This document shows positions 9,823-18,945 of a stretch of DNA of 64,000 bases, piece by piece. Source of the DNA: an uncultured Gemmatimonadales bacterium (GTDB lineage: Bacteria > Gemmatimonadota > Gemmatimonadetes > Gemmatimonadales > Gemmatimonadaceae); contig OY969695.1 of assembly GCA_963701965.1 (NCBI GenBank), positions 2,432,001 through 2,496,000 of the forward strand. The letters run 5' to 3'. The position numbers were made by a program, and so were the translations under genes. Within the stretch, counting starts at the first letter, position 1, and the number at the start of each line of letters is the position of its first letter. The notes beneath the pieces were generated by a model. It was not told the origin of the DNA and searched no databases. It was given only the letters and a program-made list of their open reading frames with translations.

Positions 9823-10546
9823 GCAAGGCGAGTTGTTTGATCCGTTAGCGCCGCCCAGCGCGGCGGCGCCGGGCGATGCGCTGCTCGCGCTCGTTGGTGA
9901 GGCATTGCCACCACCGCCCGACGAGCGGCCCTCGCGAGGCGAGCGCCGCTTTTGGGATTGGTACGCGCACCGAAGCCGCGGCCAACAGTCGCGAGAGGAC
10001 GCCCGAAACACCGAGTCCGGCGTGAGCGCCTTTGTCGAGCGCGTGTCCGCACGGCTCGCGTCGCTGGCCGCGCCACTGCGCCGGGTCGAGACCGCGGCGC
10101 TCCGCCATCCCGCCATCGTGGGAGGACCGGTGTCGAGTACACTCGCGCTCGCGCGCGCCGCCGGCGCGGCGCCGTTGGTCGAGGTCGGCGTCGCGGCCGG
10201 GAGTGGGCGCGAGATCTGGGATGAAGTGACGGACGCCTGGGTTCTGGTGCCGGAGGATCTGCCGTCCCACCGCTACGTGGCGATGCGGGTCACGGGCGAC
10301 AGCATGACACCGCTACTGCACTCCGACGATGTGGTGCTCATCGATCTTGACGATGGCGATACATCCGCGGGCGCGATCGTCGTCGCCCGCAACGCCGACG
10401 ACGGATACGTCGTGAAGCAGATCACCGCCAACGACGGTTTCGACATCGAGCTCGGTTCACTCAACCCCGATTACGCACCGTTGCACATCTCAGCAACGAG
10501 GAATCTAGTACTGGGTCGCGTCGTGCTCCGGTGGTGCGAGCACTGA
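9815..10546 (+). CDS. S24 (LexA/UmuD/CI-like) autopeptidase with a non-HTH N-terminal domain
   Basis: VAAG cleavage site, RVTGDSM Ser, VVKQ Lys, LGSLNPDY, VLGRV; AGGAGGT RBS; overlaps the sigma stop. Confidence 0.85.
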   Translation: MSEQGELFDPLAPPSAAAPGDALLALVGEALPPPPDERPSRGERRFWDWYAHRSRGQQSREDARNTESGVSAFVERVSARLASLAAPLRRVETAALRHPAIVGGPVSSTLALARAAGAAPLVEVGVAAGSGREIWDEVTDAWVLVPEDLPSHRYVAMRVTGDSMTPLLHSDDVVLIDLDDGDTSAGAIVVARNADDGYVVKQITANDGFDIELGSLNPDYAPLHISATRNLVLGRVVLRWCEH

Positions 10547-10642
10547 GCCTATCACGAATTCTGCACACTTTCGTCGTGCAAACCCTGACACCCCGAGCGG
10601 CATCTCATCGTACAGTTGTCAAGACCCCCACAGGGAGATGAG

Positions 10643-11056
10643 ATGCAGATGCGGTTTGCAAGCGGCGCCATGCTCAGGAGCGCGATGTTCAGGAGAGCCT
10701 TGCTCCCAGCGGCGCTGGTGGCATCGGTCGGATTCACCAATCGCGTACCGTCGACCGAGCCCGCCCCGATCGCGGGCCGGGTGATGGACCTGGTTGGCGA
10801 TGCGGTCCAGTTCGCGCACGTCCGGATCACCGATCAAATGACCGGCGCGGTCCTGACGACCCTCACATCATTGAACGGGAACTTCGTGATCGAGAATCTC
10901 TCCCGCGATCACCACTACAGCGTCGACGTCCGGTGTATCGGGTACGTGCCCCGCACGCTGACCGACGTGCAGCCCACCGCCGACGGCGCCGCGATCGCGG
11001 ACGTCATGATGGAACCGATCCCCCGGCGCGCAACGCCGCGTATCGCCAGTCTTTAG
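10643..11056 (+). CDS. Small secreted carboxypeptidase-regulatory-like domain protein
   Basis: Signal-like N-terminus; IAGRVMD..GDAVQFAHV..TSLNGNF..YSVDVRCIGY. Confidence 0.65.
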   Translation: MQMRFASGAMLRSAMFRRALLPAALVASVGFTNRVPSTEPAPIAGRVMDLVGDAVQFAHVRITDQMTGAVLTTLTSLNGNFVIENLSRDHHYSVDVRCIGYVPRTLTDVQPTADGAAIADVMMEPIPRRATPRIASL

Positions 11057-12075
11057 CTGGCGACGAGCGGCATGACCTGCGCGCTGAAGCGCTCCATCTC
11101 CTCGAGCTGCGGGCTGCACTGCAGCAGGAGCAGGTCGACCCCGGCGTCCGAGAAAGCCCGGATGCGCTCGGCGACCATCTCCGGCGTCCCCACGAGCCCC
11201 GCCCGCAGCCCGCGATTGGAGACGGAATAGTCTTCCGGGCTCACGGCCTGCTCGAGTTTCGTGTTGGCCAACCAATCCTGATAGCCGGCGTATCCCGGCG
11301 ACCCGGGACCGACGTTGGTGATACGGGCCCGCTCGCGCTCGGCCTCGGCTACCGTGTCGCGCACGATCACATAGGCCGCCATCCCGAACGTCATCGGCAC
11401 CTGCCCCGTGGCGGCGCGGCGGCGGCGCATGTCCTCGACCTTGGGCGCCACGCGCTCCGGCGGGTCGCCGTGCATGACGTACGCGTCGCACTGCGATGAG
11501 ATCAACGTCTTGGCCGCCTCCGACTCGCCGCCCGCGTAGACGACCGGCGGCCGCACGGGCTTCGGCTCCAGCACGCTGTCCGTCACCGAGTAGTACTTCC
11601 CCTCGAACGTGAAGCGGCTGTTGCACCACGTGCCCTGGACCACGCGCAGCCACTCGTCCGTGCGCGCGTACCGATCATCGTGCTGCTCGAAGTGCACCCC
11701 GTAGCGCCGCGCCTCGTCGGCCCACCAGCTGGAGACGACGTTGAGCGCCAGACGCCCGTTGGCAATGCGGTCGATGTTCGCGGCCTGCTTGGCCAGGATC
11801 GCCGGGTTGTGGAACGTGGGCCGTACCGCGACCATGAGCTCCAGCTTTGTGGTCACGGCCGCCAACGCCGCCGCCGTCGACCACGCGTCGAGCGCCGGCG
11901 CGTCGATGCCTTTGATGTCGTTCAGAAACAACTCGGCGATCAACGTCAGGTCGTAGCCCAGCGCTTCGCTGCGCTGCGCCACCGCGCGCGTGTACTCCCA
12001 CGAGGCTTCCATCCGCTCATCGGGGATATTGCGCAGCCACCCGCCAAAGACGGGCATCCAGTAGCCGTAGCGCAT
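11053..12075 (-). CDS. LLM-class flavin-dependent monooxygenase (SsuD/SfnG-like)
   Basis: LDAWSTAAALAAVT, AVRP, AANIDRIANGRLALNVV, YAGGES, LVGTPE. Confidence 0.88.
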   Translation of the reverse strand: MRYGYWMPVFGGWLRNIPDERMEASWEYTRAVAQRSEALGYDLTLIAELFLNDIKGIDAPALDAWSTAAALAAVTTKLELMVAVRPTFHNPAILAKQAANIDRIANGRLALNVVSSWWADEARRYGVHFEQHDDRYARTDEWLRVVQGTWCNSRFTFEGKYYSVTDSVLEPKPVRPPVVYAGGESEAAKTLISSQCDAYVMHGDPPERVAPKVEDMRRRRAATGQVPMTFGMAAYVIVRDTVAEAERERARITNVGPGSPGYAGYQDWLANTKLEQAVSPEDYSVSNRGLRAGLVGTPEMVAERIRAFSDAGVDLLLLQCSPQLEEMERFSAQVMPLVAS

Positions 12076-13022
12076 CAGCAGACGCGCGTCAGGATGTAGT
12101 CGACCAGCCGCTCGTGCGGGTCGAACCCGACGACGTTGCGCGCGTCGGCCACGAAATTGGACAGTGCGTTCACGTCGTAGAAGTAGTACTCGCCGTCGCG
12201 ATCATCGATCAGGCACTCAATGCCGCCCACGTCCAGCTTGACGTGACGGGCGATCTGCTCGACGGCCCGAATGATCTCCGCCGGCGGATTGGCCCGCTCC
12301 ACGCGCATGCCGTTCTTCGGCGCATCGAGCGCGCAGGCCGACCGGCTCAGCGCCCGGCCATCGGTGGTTTGGCACACGTCGGCCGGACAGAGATTGTAGG
12401 AATCCTCCGCCGGGAAGACGTTGATCGCGTACAGAAACGCGCCGCCCAGCGTCTCCAGCCGCGTGATGTGGCCCCCGCGGAGCGGCGCCAACTCCTGCAC
12501 CAACGCGACACCATCGACACCGAAATCGAGGGTCCCTTCCTCGGCGGCCGTGCGCACGGCGCCGGGATCGTCAAACCGCGTGATGCCGGCGCCGCTCCCG
12601 CCCACGTTGGCCTTCACGAGAATCGGGTACCGGAGATCCGCCGCGGCCTCGGAGACTGTGGCCCCCGAGTTTGCGATCCGCGTCCGCGGAAAGGGAAGCC
12701 CGAGGGTCGCCAGCGCATCGAGCTGCACGGCCTTGGACGTGTCCATCGCGTAGGCCGACTCGCCATTGACCACCGGCACGCCCAGGCGCTCCAAGTGGCG
12801 GAGCCACTGCAGCGTATAGAACGTGGATCCATTGTGGCCGCGCAGGTATGCCGACGGGCTGGCCCGGTTGAAGACCGCGCTGTATGGCACCGACTTTTCC
12901 GACGGGTCGTACCGGTGCGCCGCCGCGTCCAGGCGCACGAACGGCACGCGGCGTCGGTCCAGTTCGGCGAACAATGGACGAAACCAGTCCGGGTGTTCGT
13001 AATAGATGGCGATGGGTTCCAT
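12075..13022 (-). CDS. ATP-grasp ligase (RimK/GshB-like)
   Basis: VFNRASPS, LVKANVGGSGAG, LVQE, DVGGIE, YFYDVNALSNF. Confidence 0.8.
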   Translation of the reverse strand: MEPIAIYYEHPDWFRPLFAELDRRRVPFVRLDAAAHRYDPSEKSVPYSAVFNRASPSAYLRGHNGSTFYTLQWLRHLERLGVPVVNGESAYAMDTSKAVQLDALATLGLPFPRTRIANSGATVSEAAADLRYPILVKANVGGSGAGITRFDDPGAVRTAAEEGTLDFGVDGVALVQELAPLRGGHITRLETLGGAFLYAINVFPAEDSYNLCPADVCQTTDGRALSRSACALDAPKNGMRVERANPPAEIIRAVEQIARHVKLDVGGIECLIDDRDGEYYFYDVNALSNFVADARNVVGFDPHERLVDYILTRVC

Positions 13023-13039
13023 GCGATATAATTTAGGCT
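13023..13039. promoter_or_regulatory. Overlapping divergent -10 boxes (probable leaderless promoters)
   Basis: TATAAT 13027-32 lies 7 nt before ATG 13040; TAAATT (minus, 13035-30) lies 7 nt before ATG 13022. Confidence 0.6.
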
Positions 13040-14152
13040 ATGTCCAGCCCCGCCGCGCGTCCGGACGCCGTGCCCGCACCGGACATCCATCCCGAGTCAC
13101 CCGAGACCCCCACGCGAACCTGGATCATTCGGGGGGTCATCGCCCTCGCCCTTGTCGTGGGCATCGTCTGGGGGGTGCGCAAGTTCATTTACAGCCAGTC
13201 CCACGAGACGACCGACGACGCCCAACTCGCGGGGCACGTCATCCCGGTCATCCCCAAGGTCAGTGGCTACATCCAAAAGGTGTACGTCAACGACAACCAG
13301 CCCGTCAAAGCGGGCGATACGCTCGTCGTGCTCGACCCGCGGGACTATCAGGTCGCCTTGGACCGGTCCGAAGCCGAGCTGCGCTCGGCGTTGGCCGCCG
13401 GCACCCGCGGCAGCGCCACGGCGGCCGTCAACGTCGCCGAGGCGCAGCACGCGGCGCTGGCGGCGGACGTCGCGGTCGCGCAGGCGAACTTCGATCGCGC
13501 CGAGCATGACGTGCAACGGTTTCGCGACCTGGCGGCCAAGAACATCATCTCGGCGCAGCAGCTGGATCAGGCGATCGCGGCCGACAAGGCGGCGGCCGCG
13601 CAGTTGGCGGCGGCCCAGGCCCAGGCGGTGAGCGGCGGGGCCAACGTCACGGGCGCAAACTTCGAGGCGCGGAACGCGGACTTCCGCGTGGCGAGCCTCA
13701 CCGCGGCGCTCAACAACGCGCGCCTGCAGGTGGCCTATACGACCCTGCAGTCGCCCATCAACGGCATCACGGCCAAGAAGAACGCCGAGATCGGGCAGTA
13801 CGTGCAAGCGGGGCAGCAGCTGCTGGCGATCGTCGAGACCGACACGGTGTGGGTGGTCGCCAACGTGAAAGAGACACAGATGCGTGACATCAAGCCCGGA
13901 CAGGACGCCGAAGTGACCGTGGACGCGATCCGGGGCCTTACGCTGCACGGCAAAGTGCAGTCGATCCAGGACGCCACCGGCGCCACGTTCGCGCTGCTGC
14001 CGCCCGACAACGCCACCGGCAACTTCACGAAGATCGTGCAGCGCGTCCCCGTGAAGATCGCGCTGGAGAAGCCGAGCGTGAACGGCCGGCCGCTGTCGCC
14101 AGGGTTGTCGGTCGAAGTGTCGATCGATACGAAGAGCGGGACGAACCGCTAG
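13040..14152 (+). CDS. HlyD/EmrA family membrane fusion protein
   Basis: N-terminal TM, ETTDDAQ, FALLPPDNATGNFTKIVQRVPVKI. Confidence 0.9.
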   Translation: MSSPAARPDAVPAPDIHPESPETPTRTWIIRGVIALALVVGIVWGVRKFIYSQSHETTDDAQLAGHVIPVIPKVSGYIQKVYVNDNQPVKAGDTLVVLDPRDYQVALDRSEAELRSALAAGTRGSATAAVNVAEAQHAALAADVAVAQANFDRAEHDVQRFRDLAAKNIISAQQLDQAIAADKAAAAQLAAAQAQAVSGGANVTGANFEARNADFRVASLTAALNNARLQVAYTTLQSPINGITAKKNAEIGQYVQAGQQLLAIVETDTVWVVANVKETQMRDIKPGQDAEVTVDAIRGLTLHGKVQSIQDATGATFALLPPDNATGNFTKIVQRVPVKIALEKPSVNGRPLSPGLSVEVSIDTKSGTNR

Positions 14153-14715
14153 AGCCCCAGCGCGGACGCTTCGGCGCGCATCGCGTCGATCACGAACTGG
14201 ATGTGCTCGTCCAGGTCGACGCCCAAATCCGCCGCACCCTGCACGACGTCCTCGCGGCTCACGCCGCGGGCAAAAGCTTTGTCCTTCATCTTCTTGCGAA
14301 CGGAACGCGCGTCGACGTCCTCGACGCGGCGCGAGGGCTTGACCAACGCGGTGGCGGTGATGAGACCGGTCAGCTCATCGACAGCGAACAGGGTCTTGGC
14401 CATGCGGGACGCCCGCGGCACGCCGGAATACCGCGCGTGACCGAGGATGGCCTCGAGGATGTCCTCGCCCACACCGCGGGAGCGGAGGACACCCACGCCC
14501 TCGGCCGGATGGCCTGCCGTCGGCGAGTGCTCGGCGTTGGGAAATCGCTCGTAGTCGAAATCGTGCAGCAGGCCGGCGAGCCCCCACCGCTCGGCGTCCT
14601 CGCCCCATTTGACCGCGTAGGCCCGCATCCCCGCCTCGACGGCGAGCATGTGCTTCCGCAGCGAGTCGCTCGCGGTGTACTCCTGCATGAGCGCTAACGC
14701 GTCCGGACGGTTCAT
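14149..14715 (-). CDS. HD-domain phosphohydrolase
   Basis: RKHMLAVE, LLHDFDYE, ILGH, VDELTG, KKMKDKAFARGV. Confidence 0.85.
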   Translation of the reverse strand: MNRPDALALMQEYTASDSLRKHMLAVEAGMRAYAVKWGEDAERWGLAGLLHDFDYERFPNAEHSPTAGHPAEGVGVLRSRGVGEDILEAILGHARYSGVPRASRMAKTLFAVDELTGLITATALVKPSRRVEDVDARSVRKKMKDKAFARGVSREDVVQGAADLGVDLDEHIQFVIDAMRAEASALGL

Positions 14716-15902
14716 GCCGGTTGCCCACCGAGAATGTCGCCGAGCGTCGCAATGGCCAGTTCCAATTCCTGCTCCGTGTTGTAGTAGTGTGGCGAGAGCC
14801 GGAGCATCTTCGCGCCCCGGCCCTCGTTGGCGCCTTCCTGCGGATCCGACACCGAGACGTTCACGCCGCGGGCCCGCAGCGCGACCTTGAGCGCGTCGGC
14901 ATCCCGCCCCGCCACGGCTGCCGTGACGATGGCGCCGCGCCGGGCCCCAACATCGGTCGTGCGCACGCCAGGCACGGCGGCGAGCCCCTCGCGCAGCGTC
15001 GCCGCCAGCGCCGCCGGCCGCACGAACGTCACATCACCCACCGTCTGGGCGTACCGGACCGCCGCACCCATCCCCAAGACCAGGGCGTAGGGGTACTCCC
15101 AATTCTCGAACCGCCGCGCCCCGGGCGCCAGCGCGTACTCGCCGGGAGCCGTCCACGCCGCGCCGCGCATGTCGACGTAGAGCGGATACGCGCCGCGCGC
15201 GGCGATGCGCTCCGACACGTACAGAAACCCGATGCCGCGCGGCCCGCGCAGAAACTTCCGCGCCGTCCCCGCCAGGAAGTCGCACTTGACGGCCCGCACA
15301 TCGACCGGGACCTGCCCGACCGCCTGGCAGGCGTCGACGATGTACGGCACCCCCAGATCCTCGCACACCGCGCCGACGGCGGCGACGTCCTGGATCAACC
15401 CCGAGTTCGTCGGAATCCAACTGACCGCCACCACCCGGCACTTGGGGTCCCGGGCCAGCGCGCGCACGCTCTCGGGGTCGACGCCCCCCTCCGGGAGATC
15501 GGCCGCCTTTCTGATCTCGACGCCGAGTCGCCGGGCGAGCGACAAATACATGATGTGATTCGACGGATAGTCGGCCCGCGTGGTGACGATGACGTCACCG
15601 GGGTGGAAGTCGAACGCCGACAACGCCAGCGCAAACGCCACCGTGGCGTTCTCCACGACCGCGATCTCGCCGGCCTTCGCACCGATATAGCGCGCTAGGT
15701 CGTCATACACGGCCCGGATCGCCGGCGCCGCGGCGTCCTCGGCCTCGTACCCGCCGATCGCGGACTCGAGCTGGAGGTGCGCGGCGATGGCTTCGCTGAC
15801 AGGGTCCGGCATGAGCGCGGCGCCGGCGTTATTGAGGTGGATCCGGTCCCGACAGCCGGGCGTTTCGGCGCGCCACCCGTCGAGGGCATCGATACGCTGC
15901 AT
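14712..15902 (-). CDS. Class V PLP enzyme (cysteine desulfurase / C-S lyase-like)
   Basis: IHLNNAGAA, VENAT, VDACQAVGQ, GTARKFLRGPRG, RLSPHYYN. Confidence 0.85.
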   Translation of the reverse strand: MQRIDALDGWRAETPGCRDRIHLNNAGAALMPDPVSEAIAAHLQLESAIGGYEAEDAAAPAIRAVYDDLARYIGAKAGEIAVVENATVAFALALSAFDFHPGDVIVTTRADYPSNHIMYLSLARRLGVEIRKAADLPEGGVDPESVRALARDPKCRVVAVSWIPTNSGLIQDVAAVGAVCEDLGVPYIVDACQAVGQVPVDVRAVKCDFLAGTARKFLRGPRGIGFLYVSERIAARGAYPLYVDMRGAAWTAPGEYALAPGARRFENWEYPYALVLGMGAAVRYAQTVGDVTFVRPAALAATLREGLAAVPGVRTTDVGARRGAIVTAAVAGRDADALKVALRARGVNVSVSDPQEGANEGRGAKMLRLSPHYYNTEQELELAIATLGDILGGQPA

Positions 15903-15961
15903 ATTGGAGATGTTAACGAGTCCCCTGCCGGCGCGTCTGGATTAGAGAGAGGTTATCGATC

Positions 15962-16225
15962 ATGACACCCGTTTCCGTGACCCCCCCGATGTCGCAAGAT
16001 GCCGTCGCCGCGGCGCTGACGCCCGCCGAGACGTGGATCCTGCGCAGCGTCCCGCTTGGCGATTGGACGACACCCGCCCAAGCCGCGCCGAATCTATCCA
16101 AGTTGGCCGACGTCGATCGCATGGCCGAGTGGGCCTATCTGTACCTGGAAACCCTGCTCCGCAAGGGGTACGTCGAGCGCCGGTCGCTCGACGACGGGAC
16201 CCCGCAGTATCGGCGTACGCGCTAA
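15962..16225 (+). CDS. Hypothetical 87-aa protein, winged-helix-like
   Basis: GAGAGG RBS; LETLLRKGYVERR..YRRT resembles a wHTH helix-wing. Confidence 0.6.
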   Translation: MTPVSVTPPMSQDAVAAALTPAETWILRSVPLGDWTTPAQAAPNLSKLADVDRMAEWAYLYLETLLRKGYVERRSLDDGTPQYRRTR

Positions 16226-17763
16226 CGCAGGTTGGCCGGCGGCGCGAACCGCGATTCGGCGATCGCGGGCACGGCGACCGCCGACGTGATGAGGATCACG
16301 ACGGGCGGTGCCGCGGTCCCGCCTTTGGTCCCGCTCTCGATGCGCGACGGGAACTTGACCCCGCCGACATCCACGTAGGACTCGAAGAACGACTCGTACG
16401 TTTGCGGCTTGCCGTCGTGGGTGACGGTGCCCTCCCATTTCACAGGCAGGGACGTGCCGCGGTCGATGAAGTACACATGCTGTGCCCCATCGCTCAGGGT
16501 CACACGCAGCTTGTACGCGTCGCGGCCCCGCACGGGCTCAGTGCCGATGAGCGCGACGGCGGCGCCCTTGGCGCGATAGTCCACCAAGGGTCCCAGCAGG
16601 TCCGCCTCGTGGGAGATGTTCTGTTGCTCGTCGGGTGACATGCGCGTGGGCGTGGTGTCGCCCGGTGCCACCTGCCATCCCGTCCGGCCATCGAACACGC
16701 GGAGGAGGGTCTTGCCGCCCTCCGTGAGCTGCATCCGCATCTCATTGGGCAGCTTGTACTCGATCAGCTCGGCCGCCGTGTCCCGCCTGCTCAGGAGAAA
16801 CAGGCCCTTGAGCTTCACAGACTGGAGCGCGCGCATGTTGGCCAGTCCCCCACGCGCGGCGATGACCCGGGCGATGATGGCATCGACCGAATCGCCCGGC
16901 TCCGCACCCGGCGTCGCGCCGCTCGTGACCCAGGCCGTCCACCAGATGTCCCGCAACATGCGGGCACCCGCTTCCAACCGCTCGGCCGTGAACTGGCGGT
17001 GCGCGGCATCGGTCGTCGTCGAGTCGAACGGTGCGCGCTGCTCCAGGTCGTACAGCTCCGTGACGTGCGAATGGGTCTCGCGCAGATAGTCGAGGATCGC
17101 GGGACGGAGCGACGCGAAGACCCGCGCCGGCTCGGCGATGCGCAGCGCGGCATCGCCCGGCGCGAAATGCGTCTGGACGTAAATGGTCTCGAATCGCGCG
17201 TGGAACCCGTGGGCCGTGGTGTATCCCTTGGGGTTGTCGCCGACCCATCCGTCGAAGTGGATGGTGGTATGGTGCGGGTTCGATGCGTCGGCGACGAAGT
17301 GGCCGAGGATGCCGGCGTCGTTGATGGCGCGGGCCTCGATCCAGCCGCGCGTCCGCGCGTCCGTCGCGGCGCGCCACAGACGGAACTCCTCGCGGAGGCG
17401 TTGCGACAACTCGAGGATGCCGAACGGCAGGAGGCCGGCCCCCGACGCCTCGACACCCGCGACGCGGAGCGAGTCGAGATACGCGAACCGGTCTTTGGCA
17501 GCCAACGCGCCGGGTGGGACGCGCTCCATGTCGATGAAATGGTCCGGCGCGAAAGCGTCATCCATCGCCGGGTCCAGCCCGCGCTCGGCGCGATCGCGCC
17601 AGCGGTCGGGCTCGGGGTTGAGGTACGACAGCTGATCGGCGGCCTGACGAAAAAAGGCGGGCATCTCCTGCGGGAGCGCCGCGGCCGCCGCGGCACCAAT
17701 CATTCGATGACCCGCCTCGCCCCAGCGGGCGAACAACACGAGGGCGATCAGCGTCGTCTTCAT
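16222..17763 (-). CDS. Secreted S1/P1 nuclease fused to a LolA-like domain
   Basis: Signal peptide then WGEAGH, PDRWR, HFID, LGHFVAD..PHH, HARFE; the C-terminal ~230 aa begins AIIARVIAARGG. Confidence 0.75.
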   Translation of the reverse strand: MKTTLIALVLFARWGEAGHRMIGAAAAAALPQEMPAFFRQAADQLSYLNPEPDRWRDRAERGLDPAMDDAFAPDHFIDMERVPPGALAAKDRFAYLDSLRVAGVEASGAGLLPFGILELSQRLREEFRLWRAATDARTRGWIEARAINDAGILGHFVADASNPHHTTIHFDGWVGDNPKGYTTAHGFHARFETIYVQTHFAPGDAALRIAEPARVFASLRPAILDYLRETHSHVTELYDLEQRAPFDSTTTDAAHRQFTAERLEAGARMLRDIWWTAWVTSGATPGAEPGDSVDAIIARVIAARGGLANMRALQSVKLKGLFLLSRRDTAAELIEYKLPNEMRMQLTEGGKTLLRVFDGRTGWQVAPGDTTPTRMSPDEQQNISHEADLLGPLVDYRAKGAAVALIGTEPVRGRDAYKLRVTLSDGAQHVYFIDRGTSLPVKWEGTVTHDGKPQTYESFFESYVDVGGVKFPSRIESGTKGGTAAPPVVILITSAVAVPAIAESRFAPPANLR

Positions 17764-18827
17764 GCGCGCAAATTTCGCAGCGCCACCAAGAGCTCGGAAG
17801 GCCGGCGCGTTGGGGGCCGCACCCCGACGTGCAGGTAGTCATGACCCGCGCCGCTCCACTCGCGGCGCAGTGACACGGTGTGGGCACGGCCGCACTCGCA
17901 TTCCCACGCGTGTAACGACTCCGTACCCACGGCAGGGATCGGCAACGGCCCCGCCGTGAGCACCCGCGCGCACGTCACCCGTACGCCCGCCACCTGACAT
18001 CCAAATCTCACCCAAACGGTGCCCTCTCCGGCGGCCACGACTTGCCGCCCCTTGGCATCGAGCTCGACCCACCAGACGCGCGCCTGTCTCTTGTCTCCGG
18101 CCCCCGCCGCTCCGGACACCATCTCTCCGGTCACCGTCAACTCTCCGGCACACGTCACCAGTCCCTGTCTCGGGGCTCGTATCGCGCGGACGATGGCGGC
18201 GCCAAAGACAGCGTCGGCGCCTGCGGCGCGTAGCGCCGCGGCACAGGCGCCGAGGGTGGTCCCCGTGGTCACGATGTCATTGGCGACGATCACGACGCGA
18301 CGGCGCACGCTTTTGCGAACACGGTACGCGCCAGCGCTCGCCGCCCTTCGGGCGGCCGCGCCGAGTGTCGCTTGGCGAAAATCGCGGGTTTTCTCCAGCA
18401 CGGACGCCAAGCGAACTCCGGGAAGTGCACGCGCGGCGAGCGTGCACAGGGTCCGCATGTGCGTGCGATTGTGGCGAAAAGACGGCACCGGGGTCAGAAG
18501 TGTGTCATCAGGGAGCCCGTAGGTCGCCGCTACGGCCAGCACGCTGCGCGCGAGCATCTCGGCGAGGGCTGGACCGAGCGACGCCACGTCGGGGGCGTTG
18601 GCCGGCGAGGCTTCTTTGAATGCGACGACACCCGCGTACACGTCGCGAAGCGACGGTCGCGGGGCATCCCCTCTCCCGCGGTACATAGACGCGGTGATTG
18701 GGCACCCCGGTTCCCGCAGGCACGCTCCGCAGATGAGCCCGCCTTCGGCGATGATCCAGGTGTCTTCGGTCAGATCGTCCGAGCCGCATATCGCACACCG
18801 CCGCCCGGACAGCGGCTCACCGTTCAT
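17760..18827 (-). CDS. ComF-like phosphoribosyltransferase with zinc ribbon and extra Cys-containing C-terminal domain
   Basis: CAIC..CGAC, LTPVP, QATLGAAAR, VIVANDIVTTGTT; start uncertain (18827 or 18935). Confidence 0.6.
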   Translation of the reverse strand: MNGEPLSGRRCAICGSDDLTEDTWIIAEGGLICGACLREPGCPITASMYRGRGDAPRPSLRDVYAGVVAFKEASPANAPDVASLGPALAEMLARSVLAVAATYGLPDDTLLTPVPSFRHNRTHMRTLCTLAARALPGVRLASVLEKTRDFRQATLGAAARRAASAGAYRVRKSVRRRVVIVANDIVTTGTTLGACAAALRAAGADAVFGAAIVRAIRAPRQGLVTCAGELTVTGEMVSGAAGAGDKRQARVWWVELDAKGRQVVAAGEGTVWVRFGCQVAGVRVTCARVLTAGPLPIPAVGTESLHAWECECGRAHTVSLRREWSGAGHDYLHVGVRPPTRRPSELLVALRNLRA

Positions 18828-18945
18828 GCCGGTAGCTTCGATATTCGCGAACGCGCCACTGTCATCAGGGCGCCACGAGCATGCTTCCTGCGAACTGGGG
18901 CGGAATTCGATTTCCGTTCGCCCCCGCCCGGTCATCTTTCAGGGG

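Noticed and set aside
18598..18945. Long N-terminal extensions in the ORF track (egtB, tldD, sigma, permeases, susD)
   Set aside because: They overlap neighbouring genes; downstream starts fit RBS, overlap or signal-peptide evidence better
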